Shown here: piece after piece, positions 1-9,358 of the stretch
Layout of the letters: every line of letters begins with the position of its first letter
Numbering within the stretch: position 1 is the first letter of the stretch
DNA from: an uncultured Dictyoglomota bacterium
GTDB lineage: Bacteria > Dictyoglomota > Dictyoglomia > Dictyoglomales > Dictyoglomaceae
Direction of reading: 5' to 3'
NCBI GenBank assembly: GCA_964654465.1
Contig: CAZZIO010000049.1
Span: 1-41,235 of the forward strand
DNA: 41,235 bases
Translations under genes and position numbers: made by a program
The notes under the pieces: model-generated
Database searches by the model: none
Told to the model about the DNA's origin: nothing
Seen by the model: only the letters and a program-made list of their open reading frames with translations

Positions 1-342
1 GGAGAGTTTGAGATACTAATAGGAAGATCATCCAGGGATATAGTACTCAAAGATACAGTATTTGTGAAATCTACAAAACAAATTAAGAGAAAGTATCATA
101 TTAATTCCACTATTGGTGATATCTTAGATGATCCTGTGGCATGGGAAAAACTTCAAAAATTTTTATTGGAACTTGAAAACAGATTTTCTATACCATCATA
201 TATATCTGCAATAAATAGGCCAGAAAATTATTTAAGAAATGATTGTTTGAGAAGAATGATATTCTATTATGTAAGAAGAGGGGCAGATCCAGAAGAGGTA
301 GAAAAACTTTTTTATAAATTAGTAGAGGACCTTAATAGCTGA
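1..342 (+). CDS. C-terminal end of a GH3 beta-glucosidase (Fn3-like domain plus tail), 5'-truncated by the window
   Basis: Frame 1 is open from base 1: [22 protein letters not shown]..., resembling the GH3 Fn3-like C-terminal motif G.Y/F.I.VG.SS.DI. The GTG at 64 is internal. Confidence 0.75.
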   Translation, partial: GEFEILIGRSSRDIVLKDTVFVKSTKQIKRKYHINSTIGDILDDPVAWEKLQKFLLELENRFSIPSYISAINRPENYLRNDCLRRMIFYYVRRGADPEEVEKLFYKLVEDLNS

Positions 343-429
343 TTGAAGGAGTATTTGGGAGGGAGAGGGGAAAAATTATAAGGAGTATAATAGGTTATTG
401 AACATATAATTTTAAAGGGGGAATATTTT

Positions 430-1740
430 ATGAGAAGATATATTATCCTTATTCTTTCTCTTATTACTATTATAACTATGACCTTTGCTCAAGAAGAGAT
501 ATCCATAGCCAAGGATTTTGTATATCTTATGTCTCAAGGTGATTATGAAAAGACGGTAGGATATTTTGATTCTTCAGTATCTGCTGTTATCTCTTCTTCG
601 TTGAAAGAGATATGGGAGAGTCTAATAAAAGGAGTAGGAAATTATGAGGGTATAATTGAGGAAAGAACTGAAGAATCTGGAAATTATAAAATTATATACT
701 TAACAACAAAATTTTCTAATGCTTATATAGATATCAAGATGGTTTTTCTAAATAAAAATATTGTTGGTTTATTCTTTTTACCCGCCCAAATAAAAAGCTT
801 TAACACTCCACCACCATATGTAAATCTTGAGGCTTTTGAAGAAAAGGATTTAAAAATTGGTAAAGATTTTGTTCTCCCTGGAAAGCTTACTATACCAAAA
901 GGAGAAGGGCCATTCCCAGTAGTCATATTTGTCCATGGAAGTGGTCCAAATGATATGGATGAGACGATAGGACCTAATAAGATATTTAGGGATTTGGCAT
1001 GGGGGCTTTCAAGTTTTGGGATTGCTACTTTGAGATATGATAAAAGAACAAAGGTATATCCTCAAGAATTTTCTAAGTATGAAGATGGTTTCACAGTAAT
1101 GGAAGAAGTGATAGAAGATGTTCTTTATGCCATAGAGTTTGTTAAGACTCAAGAAGAAATTGATAAATCAAAGATATTTATTTTAGGACATAGCTTAGGA
1201 GGAATGCTTGCACCAAGAATAGCAAGCCTAAGTAAGGATGTGAAGGGAATTATTATCATGGCAGGACCTACAAGACCATTAGAAGATTTAATATGGGAAC
1301 AAATTAATTATATTGCTAATTTAGATGGCAAAATAGATGAGAAGGAGAAGGAGCAACTTGAATTGATAAAAAAGGAAATTGAAAAATTAAAGGATCCAGA
1401 AATAGCAACAAAATACCCTTTATCCATGAATATATTAGGTGCTCCTGTTAAATACTTTTTGGATTTAAAAAATCATGACCCAGTTAAAACTCTTTCTGAA
1501 TTAAATATTTCTGCCATAATTATGCAAGGAGAAAGGGATTATCAAGTAACTATAAAAGACTTTGAGGGTTGGAGTGTATTATCTAACAAAGAGAATATTA
1601 CATTAAAGTTATATCCTAAATTAAATCACTTATTCATGGAAGGTACGGGAAAAAGTACGCCAGATGAATATAACAAGGTAGGGAACATACCAGAATATGT
1701 AATTAAAGATATAGCTTTGTGGATAAAAGATCAAAAATAA
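430..1740 (+). CDS. Secreted alpha/beta-hydrolase (esterase) with N-terminal DUF3887-like domain
   Basis: Signal peptide, HGSGP oxyanion motif, GHSLG nucleophile elbow, QGERD acid and NHLF His; SD AAGGGG upstream. Confidence 0.85.
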   Translation: MRRYIILILSLITIITMTFAQEEISIAKDFVYLMSQGDYEKTVGYFDSSVSAVISSSLKEIWESLIKGVGNYEGIIEERTEESGNYKIIYLTTKFSNAYIDIKMVFLNKNIVGLFFLPAQIKSFNTPPPYVNLEAFEEKDLKIGKDFVLPGKLTIPKGEGPFPVVIFVHGSGPNDMDETIGPNKIFRDLAWGLSSFGIATLRYDKRTKVYPQEFSKYEDGFTVMEEVIEDVLYAIEFVKTQEEIDKSKIFILGHSLGGMLAPRIASLSKDVKGIIIMAGPTRPLEDLIWEQINYIANLDGKIDEKEKEQLELIKKEIEKLKDPEIATKYPLSMNILGAPVKYFLDLKNHDPVKTLSELNISAIIMQGERDYQVTIKDFEGWSVLSNKENITLKLYPKLNHLFMEGTGKSTPDEYNKVGNIPEYVIKDIALWIKDQK

Positions 1741-1859
1741 ATGTATATTTCTATAGAATTTGTGAAATTTAATAAGTGTTGTATTATTGAAATGCTATAA
1801 TTTCTATTGTAATATATGTATTGTTAAATTTTTAACAATATTAAAGGAGGGATTTTAGA

Positions 1860-2096
1860 ATGGATGTAAAACCTAATTATACCTTGGATGTCAGAGGAGA
1901 AGTTTGTCCTGTACCAGATGTGGAAACAAAGAGAAAGTTAAAGACGATGCAATCTGGAGAGGTTCTTGAAGTACTTATCGATTACGCTCTTTCAAAAGAA
2001 AGAATTCCTCAAGGGGTAAAAGAGGTTGGAGGGGAAGTCCTTACAATTGAAGAGATAGGTCCCAGTGAATGGAGAATTCTTATTAAAAAACTATAG
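1860..2096 (+). CDS. TusA/YeeD-family sulfur carrier
   Basis: LDVRGEVCPVP (CPxP) motif, 78 aa, SD AAGGAGG. Confidence 0.9.
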   Translation: MDVKPNYTLDVRGEVCPVPDVETKRKLKTMQSGEVLEVLIDYALSKERIPQGVKEVGGEVLTIEEIGPSEWRILIKKL

Positions 2097-2105
2097 AAGG
2101 AGGTT

Positions 2106-3110
2106 GTGAGATTTATGATTTGGCAAGGGCTTTTAGTAGGAATACTTTTTGGAGTTGTTTTACAGAGATCAAGAATGTGTTTTAATTCTGCTTTTAGAGA
2201 TGTTAAATTTAGTAAGGATAATTATCTACTTAAAATGGCAGCATTAGCTATATTAGTAGAAACTATAGGATTTCATTTGGTAGCTTCCTTAGGATTTATT
2301 AAACTTAATCCCTTACCCTTTATCCCACTTGCTCAGATTGTAGGTGGATTCTTATTTGGAATGGGAATGGTACTGGCTGGTGGTTGTGCAAGTGGTGTTA
2401 CATATAGAATTGGAGAGGGTTATATAACCTCTATATTAGCAGGTCTTTCCTTTGGAATAACAGCTTCTGCTGTAAGAGGAGGAAAATTAAATTTTGTGAA
2501 TTCATGGTTTGGTAAGCCCATAACTGTTAACTTACAAGATCCAGGTATATATAATGCAGTAGATGGAAAGGTAAATCCTACTCTTGCAACTCTTTTGGGG
2601 ATTAATCCATGGATTATAGCTATAATTTGGGCAATTATTTTAGCTATCTATATATGGGGTACCAAGACTACTGAAAGACAAACTACAGGGCTTAATTATA
2701 TTACAGGTGGTATAGCTCTTGGAATAGTAGGAATCATTGGTTATCTTTCTCAAAAGACATATGCTTTAGGTATTACTGGAGGATGGATCAATTTGTTAAG
2801 GGCAACGACAACAGAAACAAGCTATAATTGGATAGGAATGGAAGTTCTCGGCATAATTGTTGGAGCATTTATATCTACTTTAGCTTATAAGGAGTTCAAA
2901 TTAAGGGTTCCAAAAGATCCTAAGACTTATGTTCAGGTTATAGCGGGTGGTATTTTAATGGGATTTGGAGCAGGAGTTGCTGCAGGGTGTAATATAGGTC
3001 ATGTTCTTTCTGGTCTTCCTCATCTTGCTTTAAGTTCTATTTTGGCTACTATTTTCTTTGTTTTAGGAAATTGGTTTATGTATTGGTATCTATATCAAAG
3101 GAAACAATGA
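2106..3110 (+). CDS. YeeE/YedE-family sulfur compound (thiosulfate) transporter
   Basis: Multi-TM protein with three conserved Cys motifs: RSRMCF, AGGCASG, AGCNIG; GTG start with SD. Confidence 0.9.
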   Translation: MRFMIWQGLLVGILFGVVLQRSRMCFNSAFRDVKFSKDNYLLKMAALAILVETIGFHLVASLGFIKLNPLPFIPLAQIVGGFLFGMGMVLAGGCASGVTYRIGEGYITSILAGLSFGITASAVRGGKLNFVNSWFGKPITVNLQDPGIYNAVDGKVNPTLATLLGINPWIIAIIWAIILAIYIWGTKTTERQTTGLNYITGGIALGIVGIIGYLSQKTYALGITGGWINLLRATTTETSYNWIGMEVLGIIVGAFISTLAYKEFKLRVPKDPKTYVQVIAGGILMGFGAGVAAGCNIGHVLSGLPHLALSSILATIFFVLGNWFMYWYLYQRKQ

Positions 3111-3129
3111 GTGAGGTGAATAAAATACT

Positions 3130-3483
3130 ATGCATATTGCTATACAAGTAAATGTTCCCCCCTATACATATGAGGATTTAGATACAGCAATCCATTTAGC
3201 AGAAGCAGCTTTGAATAGAGGGCATAAAGTATCCATATTTCTTTTTGCTGATTCAGTTCTTTCTGTAAATTCAAAAGTTAAACCTCTTAGAGTAGATAGA
3301 AATATTCCTTTAAAGATGAAAGAGTTGTCAGAAAAAGGGGTAGAGATTCATATTTGTGGATTGTGTGCTGATTATAGAGGTTTATCTTCTGAGAATACTG
3401 TTGAAGGTCCTAAATTTTCTGGGGTTCCTGAAATGGCATCTTTAATTTTTAATGCAGATAGATATATAAATTTGATGCCGTAG
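3130..3483 (+). CDS. DsrE/TusD-family sulfurtransferase subunit
   Basis: PPY motif, GHKVSIFLFADSV, HICGLCADYRG active-site Cys region. Confidence 0.85.
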   Translation: MHIAIQVNVPPYTYEDLDTAIHLAEAALNRGHKVSIFLFADSVLSVNSKVKPLRVDRNIPLKMKELSEKGVEIHICGLCADYRGLSSENTVEGPKFSGVPEMASLIFNADRYINLMP

Positions 3484-3494
3484 GAGGAATAGAA

Positions 3495-3854
3495 ATGAAA
3501 AAGGTTTTATTGGTCGTATATCAAAGTCCAGGAGGATCTATTTGGGTAAACGAAGCTCTTCGTAGTGCTTTTGGTATGTATGGTGAAGATTTAGAGCCTT
3601 CTATTCTATTAATGGAAGATGCTGTGGTTGCAGTCAACCAAAATACTCACCCTGAGAATCTTGGATGTCTTTCTCTTTCTCTCTCTTTTAAATATTTGGA
3701 GAGGTATGGAACTCCTGTATATGTAGTGAAGGAAGATTTGGAGAGTAGAAAGGTAAAGGAAGAAGATCTGGAACCTAAATGGAAGGTAAATATCATTTCA
3801 AAGGATAATCTTTCTGATTTTATACATTCTTTTGATAGAGTAATTTTCTTCTAA
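3495..3854 (+). CDS. DsrF/TusC-family subunit
   Basis: MKKVLLVV..SP..S...EALR, EDAV, VYVVKEDL..R pattern; lies between DsrE- and DsrH-like genes. Confidence 0.8.
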   Translation: MKKVLLVVYQSPGGSIWVNEALRSAFGMYGEDLEPSILLMEDAVVAVNQNTHPENLGCLSLSLSFKYLERYGTPVYVVKEDLESRKVKEEDLEPKWKVNIISKDNLSDFIHSFDRVIFF

Positions 3855-3869
3855 ATGAGGTGGTAAAAA

Positions 3870-4148
3870 ATGGCACTTATAGTAATTAAGAAAAGTCCTG
3901 TTGAAAATATAAGCAAAAGGATGTGGGAAATTACAAAACCAGGAGATGTTATTATTTTGGTGCAAGATGGGATATTTTGGGCTATAAATGAAAAAAGTAA
4001 AGAATATTTAAAAGATGGTGTTTCTGTGTATACATTAAAGGAAGACTTAGAAGCCAGGGGATATAGGGAAGAAGATAGCATATACAGTTGTATAGATTAT
4101 AATGGTTGGGTAGAATTAATTGAAAAGAACGAATTGATTATATCTTAA
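3870..4148 (+). CDS. DsrH/TusB-family subunit
   Basis: D.IILVQDGI, EDLEARG and IDY.GWVEL motifs typical of TusB/DsrH. Confidence 0.85.
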   Translation: MALIVIKKSPVENISKRMWEITKPGDVIILVQDGIFWAINEKSKEYLKDGVSVYTLKEDLEARGYREEDSIYSCIDYNGWVELIEKNELIIS

Positions 4149-4162
4149 GGAGGCCCAAGTAA

Positions 4163-5554
4163 ATGGAAAAGTATGATGTAATTTTTTTAGGCGGAGGCTC
4201 TGGAGGTTATGTAGGAGCAATTAGAGCAGCAGATTTAGGAAAGAAAGTATGTGTGATAGAAGAAAGAGATTTAGGGGGAACTTGCTTAAATAGAGGTTGT
4301 ATACCTACAAAAGCTCTTTTAAAGAGTGCAGAGATTTATAACAGTATTAAAGAAGGACATATACTTGGAATAAAGGTTGATTCTTTTGGATATGATGTGA
4401 ATGGAATATATGATTGGAAAGAAAATGTAGTTAAGAAATTAGTAACAGGTATAGAATACCTATTCAAGTCAAGAAAAATTACTTTGAAAAAAGGAAAGGG
4501 GAAAATTCTTGATAATACCACAGTAGAAGTAGAAACAAAGGAAGGAAAAGAATTAATTAAAGGAGATAATATTGTTATTGCTACAGGATCAGAGCCTGCT
4601 ATAATTCCATCTTTTAAGATTGATGGTGTAAATGTACTCACATCCGATGATGCTTTAAGATTAAGAGAAATCCCTAAGGATATACTCATTGTAGGGGCAG
4701 GAGCTATCGGTATAGAGTTTGCAAACTTTTATAATGCTTTTGGTTCCAAAGTAACTATTGTGGAAATGATGCCTCAAGTAGTACCTACTTTGAAGGATAA
4801 GAAGATTGCTGCTCTTCTACAAAGAATTTTAAGTAAAAAGGGAATTGAGATTAAGACAGGGGCAAAAATAGAGAATATAGAGGTTAAGGATAGTAAAGTA
4901 TATTCTACTTTATCCACAGGAGAAACTATAGAAAGTGAGAAAGTGCTTGTCTCTATTGGAAGAAAATTAAATTCGGATAATATAGGTCTTGAAAATGTAG
5001 GAATAAATACTGAAAAAGGTAGAATAGTAGTTAACGAATATCTAAGAACAAATGTGGATAATATATATGCTATTGGAGATGTGATAGGTGGTCTTTTACT
5101 TGCTCATAAGGCCATGAAAGAAGGAGAAGTAGTTGCTGAGATTATTGCAGGGGAAGAAAAGAAAATGGATTATAGAGTACTACCATGGGCTATATTCTCT
5201 AATCCAGAAATTGCAGTTTGTGGTTTAACTGAGGAAGAAGCAAAGGAACAAGGTATGGAAGTGCTAATAGGAGAATTTCCATTTACTGCTAATGGTAAGG
5301 CTGTTACCATGAATGCTACTGATGGACTTGTAAAGGTGGTTGCAAGAAAAGAGGATAAGGTACTTATAGGAGCTCAAATAGTGGGTCCAGAAGCCTCTGT
5401 AATGATAGCAGAACTTGCTCTTGCTATTAAGAACAATCTTACTCTTGATGATGTGGCAGATACCATACATACCCATCCTACTCTTCCAGAGGCTATTATG
5501 GAGGCAGTAAAGGTACCTTTAGGAAGTGTAGTACATATTGCTTTAAGAAGATAG
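4163..5554 (+). CDS. lpdA: Dihydrolipoamide dehydrogenase (E3)
   Basis: GGGSGG FAD motif, GGTCLNRGCIPTK redox disulfide, GAGAIG NAD motif, HPTLPE catalytic dyad. Confidence 0.93.
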   Translation: MEKYDVIFLGGGSGGYVGAIRAADLGKKVCVIEERDLGGTCLNRGCIPTKALLKSAEIYNSIKEGHILGIKVDSFGYDVNGIYDWKENVVKKLVTGIEYLFKSRKITLKKGKGKILDNTTVEVETKEGKELIKGDNIVIATGSEPAIIPSFKIDGVNVLTSDDALRLREIPKDILIVGAGAIGIEFANFYNAFGSKVTIVEMMPQVVPTLKDKKIAALLQRILSKKGIEIKTGAKIENIEVKDSKVYSTLSTGETIESEKVLVSIGRKLNSDNIGLENVGINTEKGRIVVNEYLRTNVDNIYAIGDVIGGLLLAHKAMKEGEVVAEIIAGEEKKMDYRVLPWAIFSNPEIAVCGLTEEEAKEQGMEVLIGEFPFTANGKAVTMNATDGLVKVVARKEDKVLIGAQIVGPEASVMIAELALAIKNNLTLDDVADTIHTHPTLPEAIMEAVKVPLGSVVHIALRR

Positions 5555-5562
5555 AGAAATAT

Positions 5563-5591
5563 AAGGAGGAAGGCTTTTTGCCTTCCTCCTT
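5563..5591. terminator. Bidirectional intrinsic terminator between convergent lpdA and Clp1-like gene
   Basis: AAGGAGGAAGGC-TTTTT-GCCTTCCTCCTT, perfect 12-bp stem. Confidence 0.85.
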
Positions 5592-6457
5592 TATTGTGTT
5601 TCTTTAATAATTTTAAGTTTTATTCCTCCAATTTCAATTCTTTTTACTTCTTGAGGATTTTTTAAAGGTGTAAATATATATATGATTCTTTTTTCCAGAT
5701 CTATGTTCTTCACAATTCCTAAGGAAAGTAATTTCTCCCTTTTATCTAAAAGACCTACCAACCTTTCTCTATAATCTTCTTTTGTGAAATCCACATATTT
5801 GTCTATTGAGTAAACTAAGAAAAGAGGAAAAACTAAGATTTTGCTATCTTGAAAATATTTTTCATATCTTTTTTCCCTGAATTCTTTTCTTTCTTCTGGC
5901 CCTCTTTCTCTTGCATATGGACTTCTTGGTACTTTATAAACCTTTTTGGCAAATCTTCCTATAATTTTTAATAATGAGTCTAATTCATTTAAAAAGTATA
6001 TTCCTACAATAAAATCTGGATTAATAAGAGAGGTTTTGTAGTATTTTAAAATTTTTCCTAATCTTCCTTGTACAAGGCCACAGGTATTTATAATTATCAA
6101 ATCTGCCTTTTCTTTTGCTTCATCAAGAAGCTTTCTTACTCCTGTTATTACTTGTAAAAATTTTCCTACAGGGGTAATTTCCCCTACAAAGTACCAACTA
6201 TCTACAAATATATTTTCTGAGCTTGATAGTTCTCCTTCTGGATAGATAAGAGAAATGGTACCTGGTAAACCAATATCCGCTTGTCCTAAATCGGAATTAA
6301 TTACTGCTACTTTTAATCCATTCTGAATTCCCAAATCTGCAAGATATTTTACAAATGTACTTTTACCAGCATTTGTGAGTCCTAAGACAAGAATAGTACC
6401 CTTCTTATTTAGGAGCTCTCTTGCGGTCTCTTCCCATTCTATAGGGATATGAAACAT
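5591..6457 (-). CDS. Clp1/Grc3-family polynucleotide 5'-hydroxyl kinase-like P-loop protein
   Basis: Walker A GLTNAGKST, DLGQADIGLPG motif, IINTCG, and R..EERK.FRE..Y lid motif. Confidence 0.8.
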   Translation of the reverse strand: MFHIPIEWEETARELLNKKGTILVLGLTNAGKSTFVKYLADLGIQNGLKVAVINSDLGQADIGLPGTISLIYPEGELSSSENIFVDSWYFVGEITPVGKFLQVITGVRKLLDEAKEKADLIIINTCGLVQGRLGKILKYYKTSLINPDFIVGIYFLNELDSLLKIIGRFAKKVYKVPRSPYARERGPEERKEFREKRYEKYFQDSKILVFPLFLVYSIDKYVDFTKEDYRERLVGLLDKREKLLSLGIVKNIDLEKRIIYIFTPLKNPQEVKRIEIGGIKLKIIKETQ

Positions 6458-6470
6458 TTAATCTCTTATT

Positions 6471-6824
6471 CTAAAATTCTGTTATTTTCGGTAGATTCTG
6501 GTAAAGTTCCTCAAGACCATAAAACTCTCTTGCTCTGGGAGAGAAAATATGAACTATGAAATCGTAGTAATCAAGAAGGGTCCATCCAGTACCTTCTCTT
6601 CCTTCTACTCCTCTTGGTGTAAATCCAAGTTTTTCCATTTCTTCTTCTATAGTTCTCTGAATTGCTTTTCTTTGAAGTGGAGTAGCACCTGTGCATATTA
6701 TTATAAAATCGGTTATACCTAATGCTTTTGAGACATCAATAATTACTATATTCTCTCCCTTTTTCTCCGATACAATCTGAGCAACTCTTAAGGCTTTTTC
6801 TCTGCTTTCCAAGAAATTCATCAC
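6471..6824 (-). CDS. rsfS: Ribosome silencing factor
   Basis: KKGENI..IDV, EG...WTLLDY.D..VHIF...REFYGLE.L motifs. Confidence 0.93.
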   Translation of the reverse strand: MMNFLESREKALRVAQIVSEKKGENIVIIDVSKALGITDFIIICTGATPLQRKAIQRTIEEEMEKLGFTPRGVEGREGTGWTLLDYYDFIVHIFSPRAREFYGLEELYQNLPKITEF

Positions 6825-7744
6825 CCCTCCTTTGTATTATTAACTCTAAAATATTGATTTAATATCTCATCTAACTTGTTTCTATCGGGAATTATATAAC
6901 TTATTCCATTAATATTTTCTGGAGTTCCAGGCATTAGAAAAGTATTAATATCTTCTTCAGTTATATCCAAGAACTTACTTGCTATCACTAAACCCTCCAT
7001 AAGAGAGATATTGGTAGAAAGAATAGAGCCAGCAAGTGATATGTAATAGGGAAGATTAATAAGGTTTACCTTCTCTTTTGCTTGTTTAAATAAGGCTTTT
7101 AAAAATTTTTGTTGTCTTTCTATTCTTCCTAAGTCTCCCATTAAATCATGTCTAAATCTCACATATCCTAAAGCCTCTTTACCATTTAAATGATGAAGAC
7201 CAGGATTAAGATCTACAAGGAATTTATCTGTTTTATCCCTATAATACATCCTTTTTTCTACTTCTATATCTACACCGCCTATGGCATCTATAAACTTTTC
7301 AAATTGCTGAAAGTTTACCTTTACATAGTAATGTATAGGAATACCGATAAATTCTTCAATGGTTTTCAGAGATAGATCAATTCCTCCATAAGCATAGGCA
7401 TGATTAATCTTTGTATATCCATAATTAGGTATATTTACCCTTGTATCTCTTGGAATAGATAGTATATATACCTTTTTATTTTTAAGATCTAAGGAAGAAA
7501 TCATTATGGTATCTGATCTTCCAGGATCATCTTTCCTTTCATCTACACCGAGCAGAACCACATTTATTTTATCCACATGATTTAGAGCTACATCTAAGAG
7601 ATCTACTTTATCCAAAGAAGGATAATTTTTAGTAGGAGTGTAGTTATAACTTCCTTGGATATAATAATATCCACCAACTCCTACTGCTATAAGTACTAAT
7701 AGGAGTATTAGAATTCCTATTGAAAATATTTTCCACTTCTTCAT
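6821..7744 (-). CDS. LytR-CpsA-Psr (LCP) family cell-wall polymer ligase
   Basis: N-terminal TM; LLGVD, RSDTIM, SIPRD, KINHAY, YVRFRHD..GDLGR..RQQ motifs. Confidence 0.93.
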   Translation of the reverse strand: MKKWKIFSIGILILLLVLIAVGVGGYYYIQGSYNYTPTKNYPSLDKVDLLDVALNHVDKINVVLLGVDERKDDPGRSDTIMISSLDLKNKKVYILSIPRDTRVNIPNYGYTKINHAYAYGGIDLSLKTIEEFIGIPIHYYVKVNFQQFEKFIDAIGGVDIEVEKRMYYRDKTDKFLVDLNPGLHHLNGKEALGYVRFRHDLMGDLGRIERQQKFLKALFKQAKEKVNLINLPYYISLAGSILSTNISLMEGLVIASKFLDITEEDINTFLMPGTPENINGISYIIPDRNKLDEILNQYFRVNNTKEG

Positions 7745-7797
7745 ATATGTCTCTTACCTCCAATTTTTACTTCTTTTATTAATATTATTATATACCT

Positions 7798-7835
7798 AAA
7801 TAAAAGACCCCTCCTTTGGGAGGGGTCTTTTATTT
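7798..7835 (-). terminator. Intrinsic terminator after the RRM gene
   Basis: AAATAAAAGACCCCTCC-TTTG-GGAGGGGTCTTTTATTT, 17-bp perfect inverted repeat with T-tails both ways. Confidence 0.85.
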
Positions 7836-7857
7836 TAATATTTTAGATTAGTCTAAA

Positions 7858-8139
7858 CTATTGACCACGATTTCTTCTTTCGCGTGGTCTTTCTTCCCTT
7901 GGTTTTGCTTCATTAACAACAATTTTTCTTCCTTTTACTTCTGTGTTGTTAAGTTCAGCTATCATTTTTGCAGCAGAATTGTCATCTACTTCAACAAATC
8001 CAAATCCCTTAGATCTTCCCGTATTTCTGTCAGAGATAATTCTTGCAGAATATACAGTCCCGTGATTTGAGAATATAGATTTTAGCTCTTCTTCTGTTGT
8101 AGACCAAGGTAAATTACCAACATACAAAGTCTTACTCAT
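7858..8139 (-). CDS. Single-RRM RNA-binding protein
   Basis: RNP2 LYVGNL, RNP1 KGFGFVEV, VNEAKPR plus Arg-rich tail; SD GAGGTG. Confidence 0.95.
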   Translation of the reverse strand: MSKTLYVGNLPWSTTEEELKSIFSNHGTVYSARIISDRNTGRSKGFGFVEVDDNSAAKMIAELNNTEVKGRKIVVNEAKPREERPRERRNRGQ

Positions 8140-8383
8140 TTTTTCACCTCATGGAAAGTTTTAGATTTTTTAAATTGGGAAAGCTTTTTACGGGAGCGTT
8201 TCCAGAACCCCTGAGAACTTGGAACAATAGGATACTGCTCGGTACACTTCACCTCTCTTTCTGGAAAATAAAAATGCTTGAGAACTCATTTGGTGGGTCC
8301 AAAGGATTCTCAAGCATTTTCTTTTACTTTTGTCTTCTTTTTTCAAAAATCTAAACATATAGATAACCTTAATTGCAGGATTA

Positions 8384-8412
8384 ACTATACCATATAAATT
8401 TATAAATGTAAA
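8384..8412 (-). promoter_or_regulatory. Sigma70-type promoter for the RRM gene (implies ~240-nt leader)
   Basis: Minus strand TTTACA-17nt-TATAGT with TGn extension. Confidence 0.6.
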
Positions 8413-8462
8413 GTATATGATATAATTATCTTCAAGTTTTAGATAAAAAAGGAGGAAGGCTT

Positions 8463-9356
8463 ATGAAGATTGCCAATTGTAAGGCTGGAGAGAGAAATTT
8501 TGTTGGCCTTTTTTATGAAGATAAAATGTTAAACATTTCTAAAGCTATCCATATATATTCATCCATATATGAAAAGACTTCTAAGAATGTGGATAAAATT
8601 GATGATCTTCTTTATATAGATGATCTTCGTGAATATTTGAGGAAAGTGTTTGATTTTATTCTTGAGCATAATTTTATTTATACCCTTACAGAAGAAAAAT
8701 TTAAGTACCTTCCTCCCATATTAAAGCCTCAAAAAATTCTTGCCTTAGGCAGAAATTATTCTGAACATGCAAAAGAGTTAGGACATAAAATACCTAAGGA
8801 GCCTGTCTTTTTTAGTAAAGCACCATCTTCCCTTATTGGACACGAGGATAAAATAGTTTATCCCTCATTCCTTACAAGGGTAGATCCTGAAGTAGAATTA
8901 GGAGTGATAATAAAGAAGAAAGGTAAATATATTAAAGAAGAGGATGCTTGGGACTATGTTCTTGGCTATACTATAGTAAATGATGTTACTGCTAGAGACA
9001 TGCAGGCAGAAGATTTTCAAAATACTAATCCTTGGTTTAGATCCAAAAGTTTTGATACTTTTTGTCCTATAGGCCCTTTTTTAGTATTCAAAGAGGATTT
9101 AAAAGAACCTCATAACCTAAATATAGAACTTAGGGTAAATGGGGAAGTAAGACAGAAGGATAATACTAAAAATATGCTCTTTAAAATTCCCCAAATTATT
9201 TCTTACATTTCCAAACATCTAACCTTAGAGGCTGGAGATATTATAGCTACTGGTACACCTTCAGGTATTGCTCCTATAAATCCTGGAGATGTGGTGGAGT
9301 GTTTAGTAGAAAAAGTAGGTGTATTAAGGAATAAAGTAGTAGAGGAAAAATTATAA
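8463..9356 (+). CDS. Fumarylacetoacetate hydrolase (FAH) family protein
   Basis: GRNYSEH, PVFFSKA, DPEVELGV, NDVTARD, KSFDTFCPIGP, GDIIATGTPSG. Confidence 0.92.
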   Translation: MKIANCKAGERNFVGLFYEDKMLNISKAIHIYSSIYEKTSKNVDKIDDLLYIDDLREYLRKVFDFILEHNFIYTLTEEKFKYLPPILKPQKILALGRNYSEHAKELGHKIPKEPVFFSKAPSSLIGHEDKIVYPSFLTRVDPEVELGVIIKKKGKYIKEEDAWDYVLGYTIVNDVTARDMQAEDFQNTNPWFRSKSFDTFCPIGPFLVFKEDLKEPHNLNIELRVNGEVRQKDNTKNMLFKIPQIISYISKHLTLEAGDIIATGTPSGIAPINPGDVVECLVEKVGVLRNKVVEEKL

Positions 9357-9358
9357 CG

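Noticed and set aside
5563-5591. Similarity between this hairpin and the one at 19302-19343 (GGAAGGC-Tn-GCCTTCC) as a possible REP or MITE family
   Set aside because: Only two short copies, both at convergent gene ends; ordinary bidirectional terminators suffice.
8151-8354. 67-aa plus-strand ORF
   Set aside because: No SD and no recognisable motif; it lies antisense to the structured leader of the RRM gene.
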